Source of the DNA: Promethearchaeota archaeon
Lineage (GTDB): Archaea > Asgardarchaeota > Lokiarchaeia > Sigyniarchaeales > SOKP01
DNA: 24,913 nt
Reading direction: 5' to 3'
NCBI GenBank assembly: GCA_048938895.1
Contig: JBHLLU010000056.1
Location: forward strand, 1-24,913
Below the pieces are notes generated by a model. That model was not told where the DNA came from and ran no database searches. It worked only from the letters and a program-made list of their open reading frames with translations. This document shows positions 1 to 9,205 of this stretch, in pieces (positions within the stretch are counted from its first letter, which is position 1; every line of letters starts with the position of its first letter). A program made the translations under genes and the position numbers.

Positions 1-90
1 CCTGGTTATCAAGACATTGACTTAAAAAGAATCCACTCTGAAGATGATGATAACACTGTTGAGAAAAGTGGTGGTCCCAAATGGGATTAA
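1..90 (+). CDS. 3' end of a CDS entering the window (PGYQDIDLKRIHSEDDDNTVEKSGGPKWD*), product unknown
   Basis: Frame 1 is open from base 1 to TAA at 88-90 and is followed by A/T tracts (T run ~118-125). Confidence 0.55.
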   Translation, partial: PGYQDIDLKRIHSEDDDNTVEKSGGPKWD

Positions 91-263
91 CAGTTAAAAA
101 AATTCCATAACACTAAATTTTTTTTAGCTCTCTGTTTTATCTATAGTAATGATTTTACAAACCTTTAATTACTCTATTTCTTATAGAAAAATTGTAATAA
201 AATGTTTTTTAAATATTTTAATACTATTAAATTGTTATAAAGTCTTTTCAAGGAGAGATAGAT

Positions 264-785
264 ATGTTTGGCGACAGAAGAATGGAATTAGATCCAAAAG
301 ATTTGGCTTACATAAGTCGTGATGTTGATCTAAAATGGTATTCATTTTGGACTTTTCTTTTAGTTATTTCTGCTGGATGGTTTTTGATCTGGGTGCTTTT
401 TACTTTCGCATATTTTTTTTATGCTCCTACAGAATTATTTATTATGGGGATTGCGTTTTTAGGTATTGGTTTAGCTGCAAGTTTTGGATCTTTAATAATG
501 AAAAACGTTAAAGTACCCAAAAAACTTGATAAATACGATGAAAAAACAAAAATTTTGTTTACTGCAACAGAGAAAAAAATTTCAAGTTATTTAAGAACAA
601 ATATCGGTAATGCATATTCTAAACAGGCAATACTAACTAGATTACAAGATCAAGTTACCCATCCTTATTATAAGAAATATATAAAAAACAATGGTGAAAG
701 GATCTTAAATAATATGGTTTCTAATGGATTGGTTCAGACTGCTTGGAAGGGTGGAAAAATCCATTATTTTATAACAAAAGAATAG
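264..785 (+). CDS. Hypothetical membrane protein: two N-terminal TM helices plus a C-terminal winged-helix-like domain
   Basis: AGGAG RBS upstream. Hydrophobic segments at ~aa 26-54 and 58-80. C-terminus ISSYLRTN..AYSKQAI..ERILNNMVSNGLVQTAWKGGKIHYFI has wHTH helix/wing spacing. Confidence 0.7.
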   Translation: MFGDRRMELDPKDLAYISRDVDLKWYSFWTFLLVISAGWFLIWVLFTFAYFFYAPTELFIMGIAFLGIGLAASFGSLIMKNVKVPKKLDKYDEKTKILFTATEKKISSYLRTNIGNAYSKQAILTRLQDQVTHPYYKKYIKNNGERILNNMVSNGLVQTAWKGGKIHYFITKE

Positions 786-808
786 ACCGAGTAATTTGTG
801 ATTTAACT

Positions 809-1369
809 ATGGTCAAGAACCAAACTGGTTATGAAATAGAAAGGCTACCAAGACCAGGTTCAGCACTATATAACTTGAATCATCCTGATAATCAAATAAA
901 GAAAAAAACGTTAAAACGATATAAGAGAATAAATAAATATTTAGTTGTGCCCCTCTACAGAATAAGACTTCTACCACTTTTAGGATTTGGAAGGCTTTTC
1001 TTACTTTTAGCAACTAAAGGAAGAATATCTGGAAAGAAGAGGAGAACTCCATTAGAGTATCATAGGATTGATGGTATCATTACTATTTTTTCAGGAAGAG
1101 GAGAAGACTCAGGATGGATGAAAAATATACATGCTGATCCTGAATCAGTGTCGGTTAGACATGGTTTTCATTCATTTCACGCAAAAGTTGAATTCATAAA
1201 CGAGGAATCGAAAAAACTCAATATTGCCGAATGGTACGTCACTCATCATAGTAGATCTGCAAAAATGCTTTTTGGTTGGAATCCAAAGATCGATAATCCT
1301 GAATCTACAGATTTTAATAATTTGTTGAACCTCATATCAATTCTCCAACTTATACCTAAAGAGACTTAA
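809..1369 (+). CDS. Deazaflavin (F420)-dependent nitroreductase/oxidoreductase family (Ddn-like split barrel)
   Basis: Signature LLLATKGRISGKKRRTPL...SGRGEDSGWMKNIHADPESVSV matches LLLTT.GRKSG..R.TPL...W..NL.A.P.V. ATG at 809 is preferred over the TTG at 743, which overlaps the previous gene. Confidence 0.8.
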   Translation: MVKNQTGYEIERLPRPGSALYNLNHPDNQIKKKTLKRYKRINKYLVVPLYRIRLLPLLGFGRLFLLLATKGRISGKKRRTPLEYHRIDGIITIFSGRGEDSGWMKNIHADPESVSVRHGFHSFHAKVEFINEESKKLNIAEWYVTHHSRSAKMLFGWNPKIDNPESTDFNNLLNLISILQLIPKET

Positions 1370-1374
1370 TAAAC

Positions 1375-2619
1375 TTAAGATTGCTTTTCTAATTTGAAAA
1401 TTTTATCATTTTTCTTGACTGGAGAATCAACAGTAATTCCAATTGTTATCCTTTCATCTTTAGAAGAAACAGTGGGTGTTTCAGTTAAATTGCGTTTTTG
1501 TTTGATTTGAATAGAATTAATAGATTGTCTAAGAAATGTGCCAGTATGAGTACCGATAATAAAAATTTCATCTTTTAACTTAAGACTTCCTGATGTCAAT
1601 AAGATTTTTGCAGCTTTTTTCTCTGGAAAATAATTTAAAACCTTCCCCATTTCTACTTTATTATAATCTGAGATATTCCCATCATACTCTCTCTGAATTT
1701 CATTTCCAGTCGGTAATCCAAAATAAAATCCTGTAGAAAATCCACGATTATATACTTTCTTTAGTCTTTTTAACCATTCCTTGACTTTCTCCTTCGTGAA
1801 CGTATTTTCATAATATGATTCAATCGCTTCTTTATAACAAGAGGTTGCTTCTTCAATGTAAATGGGATCTCTCATACGACCTTCAATTTTAAAGGCATCG
1901 ATCTTAGCCTCAATCAATTTAGGAATATGTTCAATCATACAAAGATCTTTTGCATTTATAAAAAATATGCCATCGTAGAGTAATTCGTTATTTTGGTCAT
2001 CATATACACGCCATTTTCTTCTGCATGGTTGTACACATTTTCCTCGATTTGCAGAATAACCCTGAGACTGGCAGAGTTCAGCAGAAAAATAACATCGTCC
2101 AGATACCGAAGTGCACTGAGCACCATGTATAAAAGTTTCAATTTCAGCTCTTTCTACTTTCTGCTTTATTTCTTTAATTTGATCTAATAACAATTCTCTC
2201 GCTAGAATTAATCTTTGGGCTCCTATCGATTCATAAAATAGTGCTGATTGAGAATTTGAAATATTCGCTTGAGTAGAGATATGAAAATTTAAACCTCTTT
2301 CCTTAGCAAATTGGATTGCTCCAATATCGTGAACAATTACAGCATCGATTTCTGTTTCTACGGCTTTATCTAATATTTGTTCTAAAAGTGGTAGTTCATT
2401 TTCGTAAATAATAATATTCGTTGTTAAATACGCCTGAATATTATTATTATGACATTTTTTTACAATAGATCCCAAATCATCTAGTTTAAAATTGTCACTA
2501 TACATTCTCATGTTAAGGGATTCGACACCAAAATATACGGCATCTGTTTTACCCAACACAGCATTCAGAGATTTATGGTTTTTTAAGGGAGCCATCAATT
2601 CTACTCTTTTATTGGTCAT
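1375..2619 (-). CDS. Peptidase U32 family protein (TrhP/RlhA-like Fe-S RNA hydroxylation protein)
   Basis: Motifs ELMAP, DAVYFG, HISTQANISN, ILAREL, FIHGAQCTSVSGRC, NRGKCVQPCR, KDLC, FKIEGRMR and NRGFSTGFY, plus a C-terminal beta-rich domain. Confidence 0.9.
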   Translation of the reverse strand: MTNKRVELMAPLKNHKSLNAVLGKTDAVYFGVESLNMRMYSDNFKLDDLGSIVKKCHNNNIQAYLTTNIIIYENELPLLEQILDKAVETEIDAVIVHDIGAIQFAKERGLNFHISTQANISNSQSALFYESIGAQRLILARELLLDQIKEIKQKVERAEIETFIHGAQCTSVSGRCYFSAELCQSQGYSANRGKCVQPCRRKWRVYDDQNNELLYDGIFFINAKDLCMIEHIPKLIEAKIDAFKIEGRMRDPIYIEEATSCYKEAIESYYENTFTKEKVKEWLKRLKKVYNRGFSTGFYFGLPTGNEIQREYDGNISDYNKVEMGKVLNYFPEKKAAKILLTSGSLKLKDEIFIIGTHTGTFLRQSINSIQIKQKRNLTETPTVSSKDERITIGITVDSPVKKNDKIFKLEKQS

Positions 2620-2904
2620 ATTTTTTGCCCTACAAACATAATTATTTGTCTTTCATATAACTTCTTAAGTTTGATAAATGTAAAGTCTAAATTAAAAATA
2701 ATTCTAAATTGTGGTTTATAAAATTTAAATAAATTAATAGAATAAAGAGAAAAAAATTGAAGTACACAAATTTTTTGACATTTATGATAAGAGAACAATG
2801 ATTATTTATAAGACCACTTTAAAAAGATTTTTATCTATTGTAAATTTACTACAAACATTAAAGCTACGCTTTAATATAAACAATATATAAGGAGATTGTT
2901 AGAA

Positions 2905-3138
2905 ATGCCAGACAAATTTAATGTTGATATGACACTTCAAGAACTTCTTGATAATCCCGAATCAGAAAAATTCCTAAAGAGCCTTCCAGGAATGGCACAA
3001 ATGATTGAAAGTCCTCAAGCTCAAATGGCTATGGGCTTTTCACTTCGTCAAATTCAAGAATATTCTGAATCAATGGCTCCTGGACAATTCACAAAGGAAC
3101 AACTTGAACAAATTGACCAAGGATTAAAAGCTTTATAA
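2905..3138 (+). CDS. Small helical protein resembling the C-terminal helical appendage of some glycoside hydrolases (stand-alone)
   Basis: AGGAG at 2890-2894 about 10 nt before ATG 2905. Pattern TLQELLDNP...P...MAMGFSLRQI...TKEQLEQIDQGLKAL. Confidence 0.6.
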   Translation: MPDKFNVDMTLQELLDNPESEKFLKSLPGMAQMIESPQAQMAMGFSLRQIQEYSESMAPGQFTKEQLEQIDQGLKAL

Positions 3139-3165
3139 AATAGGTTAATCTCATAATTATCTCTA

Positions 3166-3240
3166 TTTTTTTTTATTTCTTTTAACTAAAATTATCTGTC
3201 TCATATGAGTAGATAATAAATAAAAAATAAAAGAAAAAAA
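3166..3240. terminator. Probable bidirectional terminator between convergent genes
   Basis: T-rich tract (3166-3183), imperfect inverted repeat ATTATCT..CTCATATGAG..AGATAAT (3191-3217) and A-rich tract (3218-3240), giving U-tracts on both strands. Confidence 0.55.
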
Positions 3241-3246
3241 TCAATT

Positions 3247-5502
3247 TTACTTTATCGGCCTACTATTGGCCTGAAATATAGGTCCTATAAACTGGGAATA
3301 TAATACACTATAAGCACTTTGATTAGACACGACAGCAATCATTTCAGCCTCTTTATCTGAATGAGGACATAGAATGACTTCTTCAGCATCACGAGTCAAT
3401 GCATAGAAATCTGATGGCGTCTGTAATTGTCGAAATTGTATATTACCAAGCTGCTTCATCTTAGTAAGTATCCCACCATACTGCTGAAGATCAAAATGGC
3501 TGGTGAGCATGAATCTCACAGCTTTCTTTTGAAAGGCGTATTCGGAAACTACCTGAAGTATCTCAGGAACCACTACAGGCATTACAATGATAATTGATGA
3601 TTTGACCCGATAAATAGCGTCTTTCATTACAGCAATCATGGCATCTCTTCCAATAACTTGCCATGTTGTTACTCTTGATATTTCTGGAATCGAGCTTGAA
3701 GCATTGTGAATATCGTTTAATTTATCTTCATTTGTTTCTCCAAGTTCAGTTGCATCATCAATGGAATTCATGAATTGTAAAGTAAAATCAGCAATTGCGT
3801 CTTTTACATTTTGAATGGTATCTCGAGTAGTATTTGAAAGACTGTTTTGGAGCGTTTTAGCGTTCTGTTCGTATTTTGTTTTATGATCTCCTAGCATGCT
3901 TGACAAGCTATTATCCATATCTTTTGCTTCAGCATCCCATAATCGAATTTCACTATCAATATTGTCTGAAGAATCGCGCTTAGCTTCTGTAAATTTAGTA
4001 TCTACTTCTCTCAACCAGTTTTCTTTAATGCCTTTTACCTCAGAGTCAAAATTTGTATAATGCCGTAAACTATTGTCTTTATGGATATTAATTGCTTCAT
4101 CATATTGTTTGTGATGTTGCTTTAATGAATTTTCTAATGAATCTTTTAGCTTTATATTTGTATCAGAACAATCCTTCACACCTGTTTGCAATGTATCGTC
4201 TACTTCGCCAGCTAAATCTGTAGCTAGATTTTCTAGTTGAGCATCTATAGTTTCTTTTGCTTTAAAATCGAGATCATTTGTTTCAGATTCTAAACCGTTG
4301 TTCTCATTTACCATAATATCTGTTAAGTCAGATTTTATTTGTTCGGTAGTCTCTCGAGTATTGGCGATATAATCATCGCTAGTTTTCGTGAAATCCTCTT
4401 TCATAGGTTTTGTGTAAACCAAAATATTCTGAATGGTTGTTTCATGACGTGCTTTATATTTCTTTTTTTTACCCATCCATAAAAATCCTTTTTTAGCCAT
4501 ATCTTCAGAAAAATCAGTGAATCGATTTGCATGTTCGAGTAAATTATCTATTAAAGTTAGTGTCATACTTTTAAATTCATTTGTTTGTTCATTTAGAGTT
4601 CGATGTCGATCATCAACGGTAGCTTTTAATCTGGTTTGTAGAGTATCTGTTGTATTTTTCACATGGATTGTATGTTCCTTTAGGATATTTGAAATCCTTT
4701 CTTTTAAATCAGAGACAACTTTATCCATACGTTCAAGATATTTTTCTAATATTTGTTCTAATCTAGGTTTAAGCTGATTAGCAGTAGTTTTATGTCTTTC
4801 TACATGTTCATCTAAATCCCTTTTAAGCTCTCTATCTAAATCTTCAACTCTAGTTGAGAAATCCCTTAATAAATTTCCAATTAGTTCAGTTAAATGATCT
4901 TTTGTACTATTTATTTCTGTTTCATACTTATTGATATGAGTAGTTGAAATATTCTGTAAATTTGTATTTAATACATTCAATACTGAATGAAGTCTTCCTT
5001 CAAGAGCTTTAGATGTTTCATTAAATCGATTAGTTGCTTTATCAATAGTATTCTTTTTTATAGAATTTTTTGAATCTGAATCTTCGAAGAAATTTTTTAT
5101 TTGAGAATCAACAGCATTTTCTACTTCTCCAAGACTTTTATTTTGTATATTTTCAAGTTTCTCAAAACGATTAGATTGATCAGTTAATATTGAATCTTTT
5201 ATTCTAGCAATTTCATTTCTAAATAATTCTGATTCACTTGTAAATAATTCAAAAAAAGGTTCTAAAGGAATAAATCGTGGAACAATGCCTTCAACCCTTT
5301 TTAGAAAATTCCTTTCGACCAACCAATCAGTAATTTCTACTATTGATTCGTATTGTATTTCCTCGTTATCTACTGCTAATGTCATAAATACCTCTGATAT
5401 GGATGCACGTGGAACTCTTAGATATGCTAAATAGACATTTATCTGCTCTTCGCTAAATCCATATCGAGTAAATACTTCCTTAGTGAATTCTTTTAATGAC
5501 AT
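3247..5502 (-). CDS. TrmB-like protein: N-terminal wHTH, ~520-aa coiled coil, C-terminal TrmB effector/PLD-like domain
   Basis: N-terminal YGFSEEQINVYLAYL...LVERNFLKRVEGIVPRFIPLEP resembles the TrmB HTH. C-terminal TWQVIGRDAMIAVMKDAIYRVKSSIIIVMP...RDAEEVIL resembles the TrmB C-domain. The middle is Pro-poor and heptad-rich. AAGGAG RBS upstream. Confidence 0.75.
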   Translation of the reverse strand: MSLKEFTKEVFTRYGFSEEQINVYLAYLRVPRASISEVFMTLAVDNEEIQYESIVEITDWLVERNFLKRVEGIVPRFIPLEPFFELFTSESELFRNEIARIKDSILTDQSNRFEKLENIQNKSLGEVENAVDSQIKNFFEDSDSKNSIKKNTIDKATNRFNETSKALEGRLHSVLNVLNTNLQNISTTHINKYETEINSTKDHLTELIGNLLRDFSTRVEDLDRELKRDLDEHVERHKTTANQLKPRLEQILEKYLERMDKVVSDLKERISNILKEHTIHVKNTTDTLQTRLKATVDDRHRTLNEQTNEFKSMTLTLIDNLLEHANRFTDFSEDMAKKGFLWMGKKKKYKARHETTIQNILVYTKPMKEDFTKTSDDYIANTRETTEQIKSDLTDIMVNENNGLESETNDLDFKAKETIDAQLENLATDLAGEVDDTLQTGVKDCSDTNIKLKDSLENSLKQHHKQYDEAINIHKDNSLRHYTNFDSEVKGIKENWLREVDTKFTEAKRDSSDNIDSEIRLWDAEAKDMDNSLSSMLGDHKTKYEQNAKTLQNSLSNTTRDTIQNVKDAIADFTLQFMNSIDDATELGETNEDKLNDIHNASSSIPEISRVTTWQVIGRDAMIAVMKDAIYRVKSSIIIVMPVVVPEILQVVSEYAFQKKAVRFMLTSHFDLQQYGGILTKMKQLGNIQFRQLQTPSDFYALTRDAEEVILCPHSDKEAEMIAVVSNQSAYSVLYSQFIGPIFQANSRPIK

Positions 5503-5707
5503 TAATTTATCTCCTTAATTGATATAAAATTCAAATTAAAATAATTTTAAGATGAATTCCATATAAATATTTTAATTTGAATATCTTTAATAATATTTTC
5601 AAAATCATAATATAAAAACTTAAACTTCAACATTTCAATTTTTATCTTCTTACAATCCTAAAATTCCTAGCGTTCTTACTTCAAAATGAAATATGAGAGA
5701 TAAATTC

Positions 5708-6208
5708 TTATTCATTCTCTAAAATTAGGTGTCTTGCGAAATTAACTAAACCATCAGCAGAAATTATCTCTTCTATAAATGATGGGATCTTATTAAATAT
5801 AAGTTCAATATTTTTAGAAAGATTTTTTACAATCCCTTTGGTAAATATAATTTCCAAATCATCACCTGTAGTAATAGCTTTAATATTTTGAAGTTCAACA
5901 ATGGGTAAGCCTATATTTATTGCATTTCTAAAGAATATCCTTGCAAAAGATGGTGCAATTATGCATTTCATACCTGCTGATTTAAGAGCAATGGGTGCCT
6001 GTTCTCTACTTGAGCCACATCCAAAATTTGCGTCAGCCACTAAAATTGAATAATTAAATTTTTTTGTTTTTTCCATAAAATTGGCATCCAAATCTTCCAT
6101 ACAGTGTTTGGCTAAATATTCAGAACTTGAGTTAGTTAAATATCTTGCTGGTATAATAAGATCTGTATTTAAGTCTTTCATATCATATTTTATAACCTTA
6201 CCAATCAT
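5708..6208 (-). CDS. leuD: 3-isopropylmalate dehydratase small subunit
   Basis: Motifs DLNTDLIIPARYL, NFGCGSSREQAP and SFARIFFRNAINIGLP. The specificity loop YLTN lacks the Arg of HacB-type YLRT. Alternative GTG start at 6211. Confidence 0.88.
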   Translation of the reverse strand: MIGKVIKYDMKDLNTDLIIPARYLTNSSSEYLAKHCMEDLDANFMEKTKKFNYSILVADANFGCGSSREQAPIALKSAGMKCIIAPSFARIFFRNAINIGLPIVELQNIKAITTGDDLEIIFTKGIVKNLSKNIELIFNKIPSFIEEIISADGLVNFARHLILENE

Positions 6209-6218
6209 CACATTCCCT

Positions 6219-7493
6219 CTATATATCTTCTGGTGATGTTATGTATCCCTTAACCGCTGAAGCAGCAGCGATTGCAGGATTTGATAAATATACTTCACTT
6301 TCAATATGACCCATCCTCCCTACGAAATTTCTATTTGTTGTAGAGATTGCTTTTTCTCCTGCAGCAAGAATACCCATGTGCCCTCCCAGACAGGGGCCAC
6401 AGGTTGGTGTTGAAACAATAGCACCCGCATCAATGAAAACCTCTATTATACCTTCTTTTAAGGCTTGAAGATATATCTGCTGAGTACCAGGTATAATTAT
6501 ACACCTTACATTTTGATTAATTTTATGTTTCTTTAAAATACTTGCAGCAACCTTCAGATCCTCAATCCGACCATTGGTGCAAGAACCTATGATCGCTTGA
6601 TCTATATCTATTCGCATATTACTAACTTCTGAAATAGGCTTTGAATTTTCAGGTAAAGATGGTAAAGCAACCTGGGGTTCGATGCTTTTACAATCTAATT
6701 CTATAGTCTCGATATATTCTGCATCAGTGTCACTTCCATAGATTTTATATTTAGAAATAGTCCTCTTTTCTATATAATCTAATGTAATCTTATCAGGTTC
6801 TATTATCCCATTTTTAGCGCCTGCTTCAATTACCATGTTACAGATTGTTAATCTATTATCCATTGATAAGTTTCTAATAACATCCCCTGCAAATTCAATT
6901 GTTTTATAAGTTGCACCATCAACACCTATTTTTCCAATAATATACAGAATCAGATCTTTCCCCGAAACCCATTGATTTAATTTTCCTGAAAATATAAATT
7001 TCATCGACTCAGGTATTTTAAGCCAACATTTTCCTAATGCCATTGCGACACCTAAATCTGTAGAACCTACACCAGTAGAAAAAGCACCTAACGCTCCATA
7101 TGTACAAGTATGAGAGTCAGCACCTATAAAAAGATCTCCTGGTGAGACTAATCCTTGTTCTGGTATAAGACAGTGTTCAATCCCACCGCGACCAACTTCA
7201 AAATAATTCAAAATATTATATTTTTGAGCAAAATCTCGGAGTATTTCACACTGTATTGCTGAGGCAACGTCTTTACTAGGTGTGAAATGGTCTGGAGTTA
7301 AAATGATGTTAGTATTATCAAAAACACTTTTTTCTGTGCCTTCAATAACTTTTTCAAAAACTTCGAATGCGATTGGTGCTGTAATGTCATTTGCCAAACA
7401 TCGGTCTATCTTAGCCAAAATAAAATCTCCTGCTACTGCAGATTTATTCTCACAGTGATCTCTTAAAATTTTTTCAGTTATAGTTAATCCAAT
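6219..7493 (-). CDS. leuC: 3-isopropylmalate dehydratase large subunit, 424 aa if started at ATT 7493
   Basis: Motifs DHFTP, GADSHTCTYGA, NMVIEAGAK, IGSCTNGRIEDL, CGPCLGGHMG and STTNRNFVGRMG. The conserved N-terminus xGLTITEKIL lies 25 codons upstream of the ORF-track TTG at 7418. Confidence 0.9.
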   Translation of the reverse strand: MGLTITEKILRDHCENKSAVAGDFILAKIDRCLANDITAPIAFEVFEKVIEGTEKSVFDNTNIILTPDHFTPSKDVASAIQCEILRDFAQKYNILNYFEVGRGGIEHCLIPEQGLVSPGDLFIGADSHTCTYGALGAFSTGVGSTDLGVAMALGKCWLKIPESMKFIFSGKLNQWVSGKDLILYIIGKIGVDGATYKTIEFAGDVIRNLSMDNRLTICNMVIEAGAKNGIIEPDKITLDYIEKRTISKYKIYGSDTDAEYIETIELDCKSIEPQVALPSLPENSKPISEVSNMRIDIDQAIIGSCTNGRIEDLKVAASILKKHKINQNVRCIIIPGTQQIYLQALKEGIIEVFIDAGAIVSTPTCGPCLGGHMGILAAGEKAISTTNRNFVGRMGHIESEVYLSNPAIAAASAVKGYITSPEDI

Positions 7494-7550
7494 CTTTAAT
7501 TCACCCTACTTCTCCAAATTTTTTTAAATATAAGTATCTAAAAGAGTTTA

Positions 7551-9173
7551 TTAGCTATTAGACGAGTTTTTTTTCTTAACTATCAAATTTAATCCCTTGA
7601 GAAGGGAAAGCACTGAACTCATTACAATATCTTCATGAGTGGCACTTGCCTTTACAATGTGATTGCTTTCAATATCCATGATTTCTATAGTAGTATGTCC
7701 TAACGCTTCGGTTCCCCCTGTTATTGCATCAATTTGGTAGTTCAGAAGTTTTATCTTACTCATTGGTTCGAAGCATTTTATGATTGCATTCACTGATGCA
7801 TCTACAGGTCCCACTCCCACCGAAGATGCTACCTTTTCAATACTATTCCCATTATTATCAATTTTTAAACGTACTGTTGAAGTAGGAGTAATTGAACCGG
7901 TTAAAACAGTTAACTCCTCGAGTTTCACAAATTGATCTTCTATAGGTAATTCCTCAAAAACATCTTTCAGAATTGCATAGAAATCTTCTTCTGTTACTTC
8001 ATGTCCTTTATCACCAAATGCTTTAACGTGTCCCATAATGTTAGAGAATTGTTCATCTGTTGTATGAATTCCTAGATCTTCTAATTTTGCCTTAAGAGCA
8101 TGTCCCCCAGTATGTTTTCCTAATTTTATCGATTGTTTAATTATATCCTCAACATTATCAGAACGCCTAATTCCTATTAATTCAGGGGTTATGGGTTCAT
8201 ATGCACGGGCATGTTGAATCATTGCATGCGCATGTATCCCAGATTCGTGAGCAAACGCATTCTGACCAATTAAGGGACTTAGACGACCAATAATAATTTT
8301 CCCCCCACATAGACTTTCTACTAATTTTGCAGTAGGAAAAATCAATTTTGTATTGATATTCATCGGGATCTGATACAAAGCATAAAGAGACATAGCGGTT
8401 TCTTCGAATGATGCATTTCCTGCTCTTTCTCCTAAACCTAATATTGTAGTTTGGGCTTCTGAAGCACCATTTTCAAATCCTGCTATTGTATTTGCCACAC
8501 CTAAGCCAAAATCATTATGGCAATGAACAGCAATCCTTACATTTTTAGGGAGTGATTCATAATTTTTTCTTACAATATGTCCATACGCGGTAGGAGAAAC
8601 TGTTCCTACAGTGTCTGGAATATTTATTCTCGTAGCTCCGCTTTCTACAGCTGCTTGATTCACATTAATTAAATAATCTAAATCTGAACGTGTAGCATCT
8701 TCAGCTGAAAACTGTATTTCATTATAATGTTCTTTGGCATAAGCAACCAATTCTGACACACTATTTCGTACTTCTTCTCTTGTCATTTTTAGTTTTTCTT
8801 TTAAGTGGAGATCTGAAGTAGCAATAAAAAGATGGATTGAATCCATATCTGCTTCAATTACTTTATCAATATCAATTTTTTTAATACGAGCTAACCCTAT
8901 TATCTCTGAATCTAATCCTAATTTTGAAATTTCTTTACAGGCGTCAAAATCTCCCTGAGAGATAACTGGAAATCCTGCTTCAATAACATCTATACCTAAT
9001 TCATTTAATGATTGAGCAATAGATAACTTTTCTTTTAAGGTAAAACTAATCCCAGGAGTTTGTTCACCATCCCTAAGTGTAGTGTCAAAAAAGTAGGCTT
9101 TCTGAGGTAAAATTAAATTTCCTCGTATTTTTTCCATCATGTCTGAGACCATAATGTCGGTTTTTTTATTCAT
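7551..9173 (-). CDS. leuA: 2-isopropylmalate synthase / citramalate synthase (LeuA/CimA family) with C-terminal regulatory domain
   Basis: Motifs DTTLRDGEQTPG, IEAGFP, FSAEDATR, PDTVG, HCHNDFG, GLGERAGN, AHESGIH, LGKHTG and regulatory GVGPVDA. LeuA versus CimA cannot be resolved by eye. Confidence 0.85.
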   Translation of the reverse strand: MNKKTDIMVSDMMEKIRGNLILPQKAYFFDTTLRDGEQTPGISFTLKEKLSIAQSLNELGIDVIEAGFPVISQGDFDACKEISKLGLDSEIIGLARIKKIDIDKVIEADMDSIHLFIATSDLHLKEKLKMTREEVRNSVSELVAYAKEHYNEIQFSAEDATRSDLDYLINVNQAAVESGATRINIPDTVGTVSPTAYGHIVRKNYESLPKNVRIAVHCHNDFGLGVANTIAGFENGASEAQTTILGLGERAGNASFEETAMSLYALYQIPMNINTKLIFPTAKLVESLCGGKIIIGRLSPLIGQNAFAHESGIHAHAMIQHARAYEPITPELIGIRRSDNVEDIIKQSIKLGKHTGGHALKAKLEDLGIHTTDEQFSNIMGHVKAFGDKGHEVTEEDFYAILKDVFEELPIEDQFVKLEELTVLTGSITPTSTVRLKIDNNGNSIEKVASSVGVGPVDASVNAIIKCFEPMSKIKLLNYQIDAITGGTEALGHTTIEIMDIESNHIVKASATHEDIVMSSVLSLLKGLNLIVKKKNSSNS

Positions 9174-9205
9174 TTCATTTAACCTTCTTAAATTTCATTA
9201 AAGTT

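Noticed and set aside
743-808. N-terminal extension of the Ddn-like ORF from TTG 743
   Set aside because: It overlaps the upstream gene by 43 nt. ATG 809 gives a non-overlapping start.
813-2798. Short ORFs 813-1013, 1956-2141, 1993-2187 and 2616-2798
   Set aside because: These are shadow or alternate frames of real genes, or low-complexity AT-rich promoter DNA with no motifs.
4517-4777. 86-aa plus-strand ORF
   Set aside because: Antisense shadow of the coiled-coil gene.
3247-5502. Calling the coiled-coil protein an SMC/Rad50 ATPase
   Set aside because: No Walker A/B, signature motif, hinge or CxxC hook is visible, and the ends are TrmB-like.
5689-5706. ATATGAGAGATAA resembling the 3203-3216 half-palindrome, as a dispersed repeat or operator
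   Set aside because: Too short and AT-rich to distinguish from chance.
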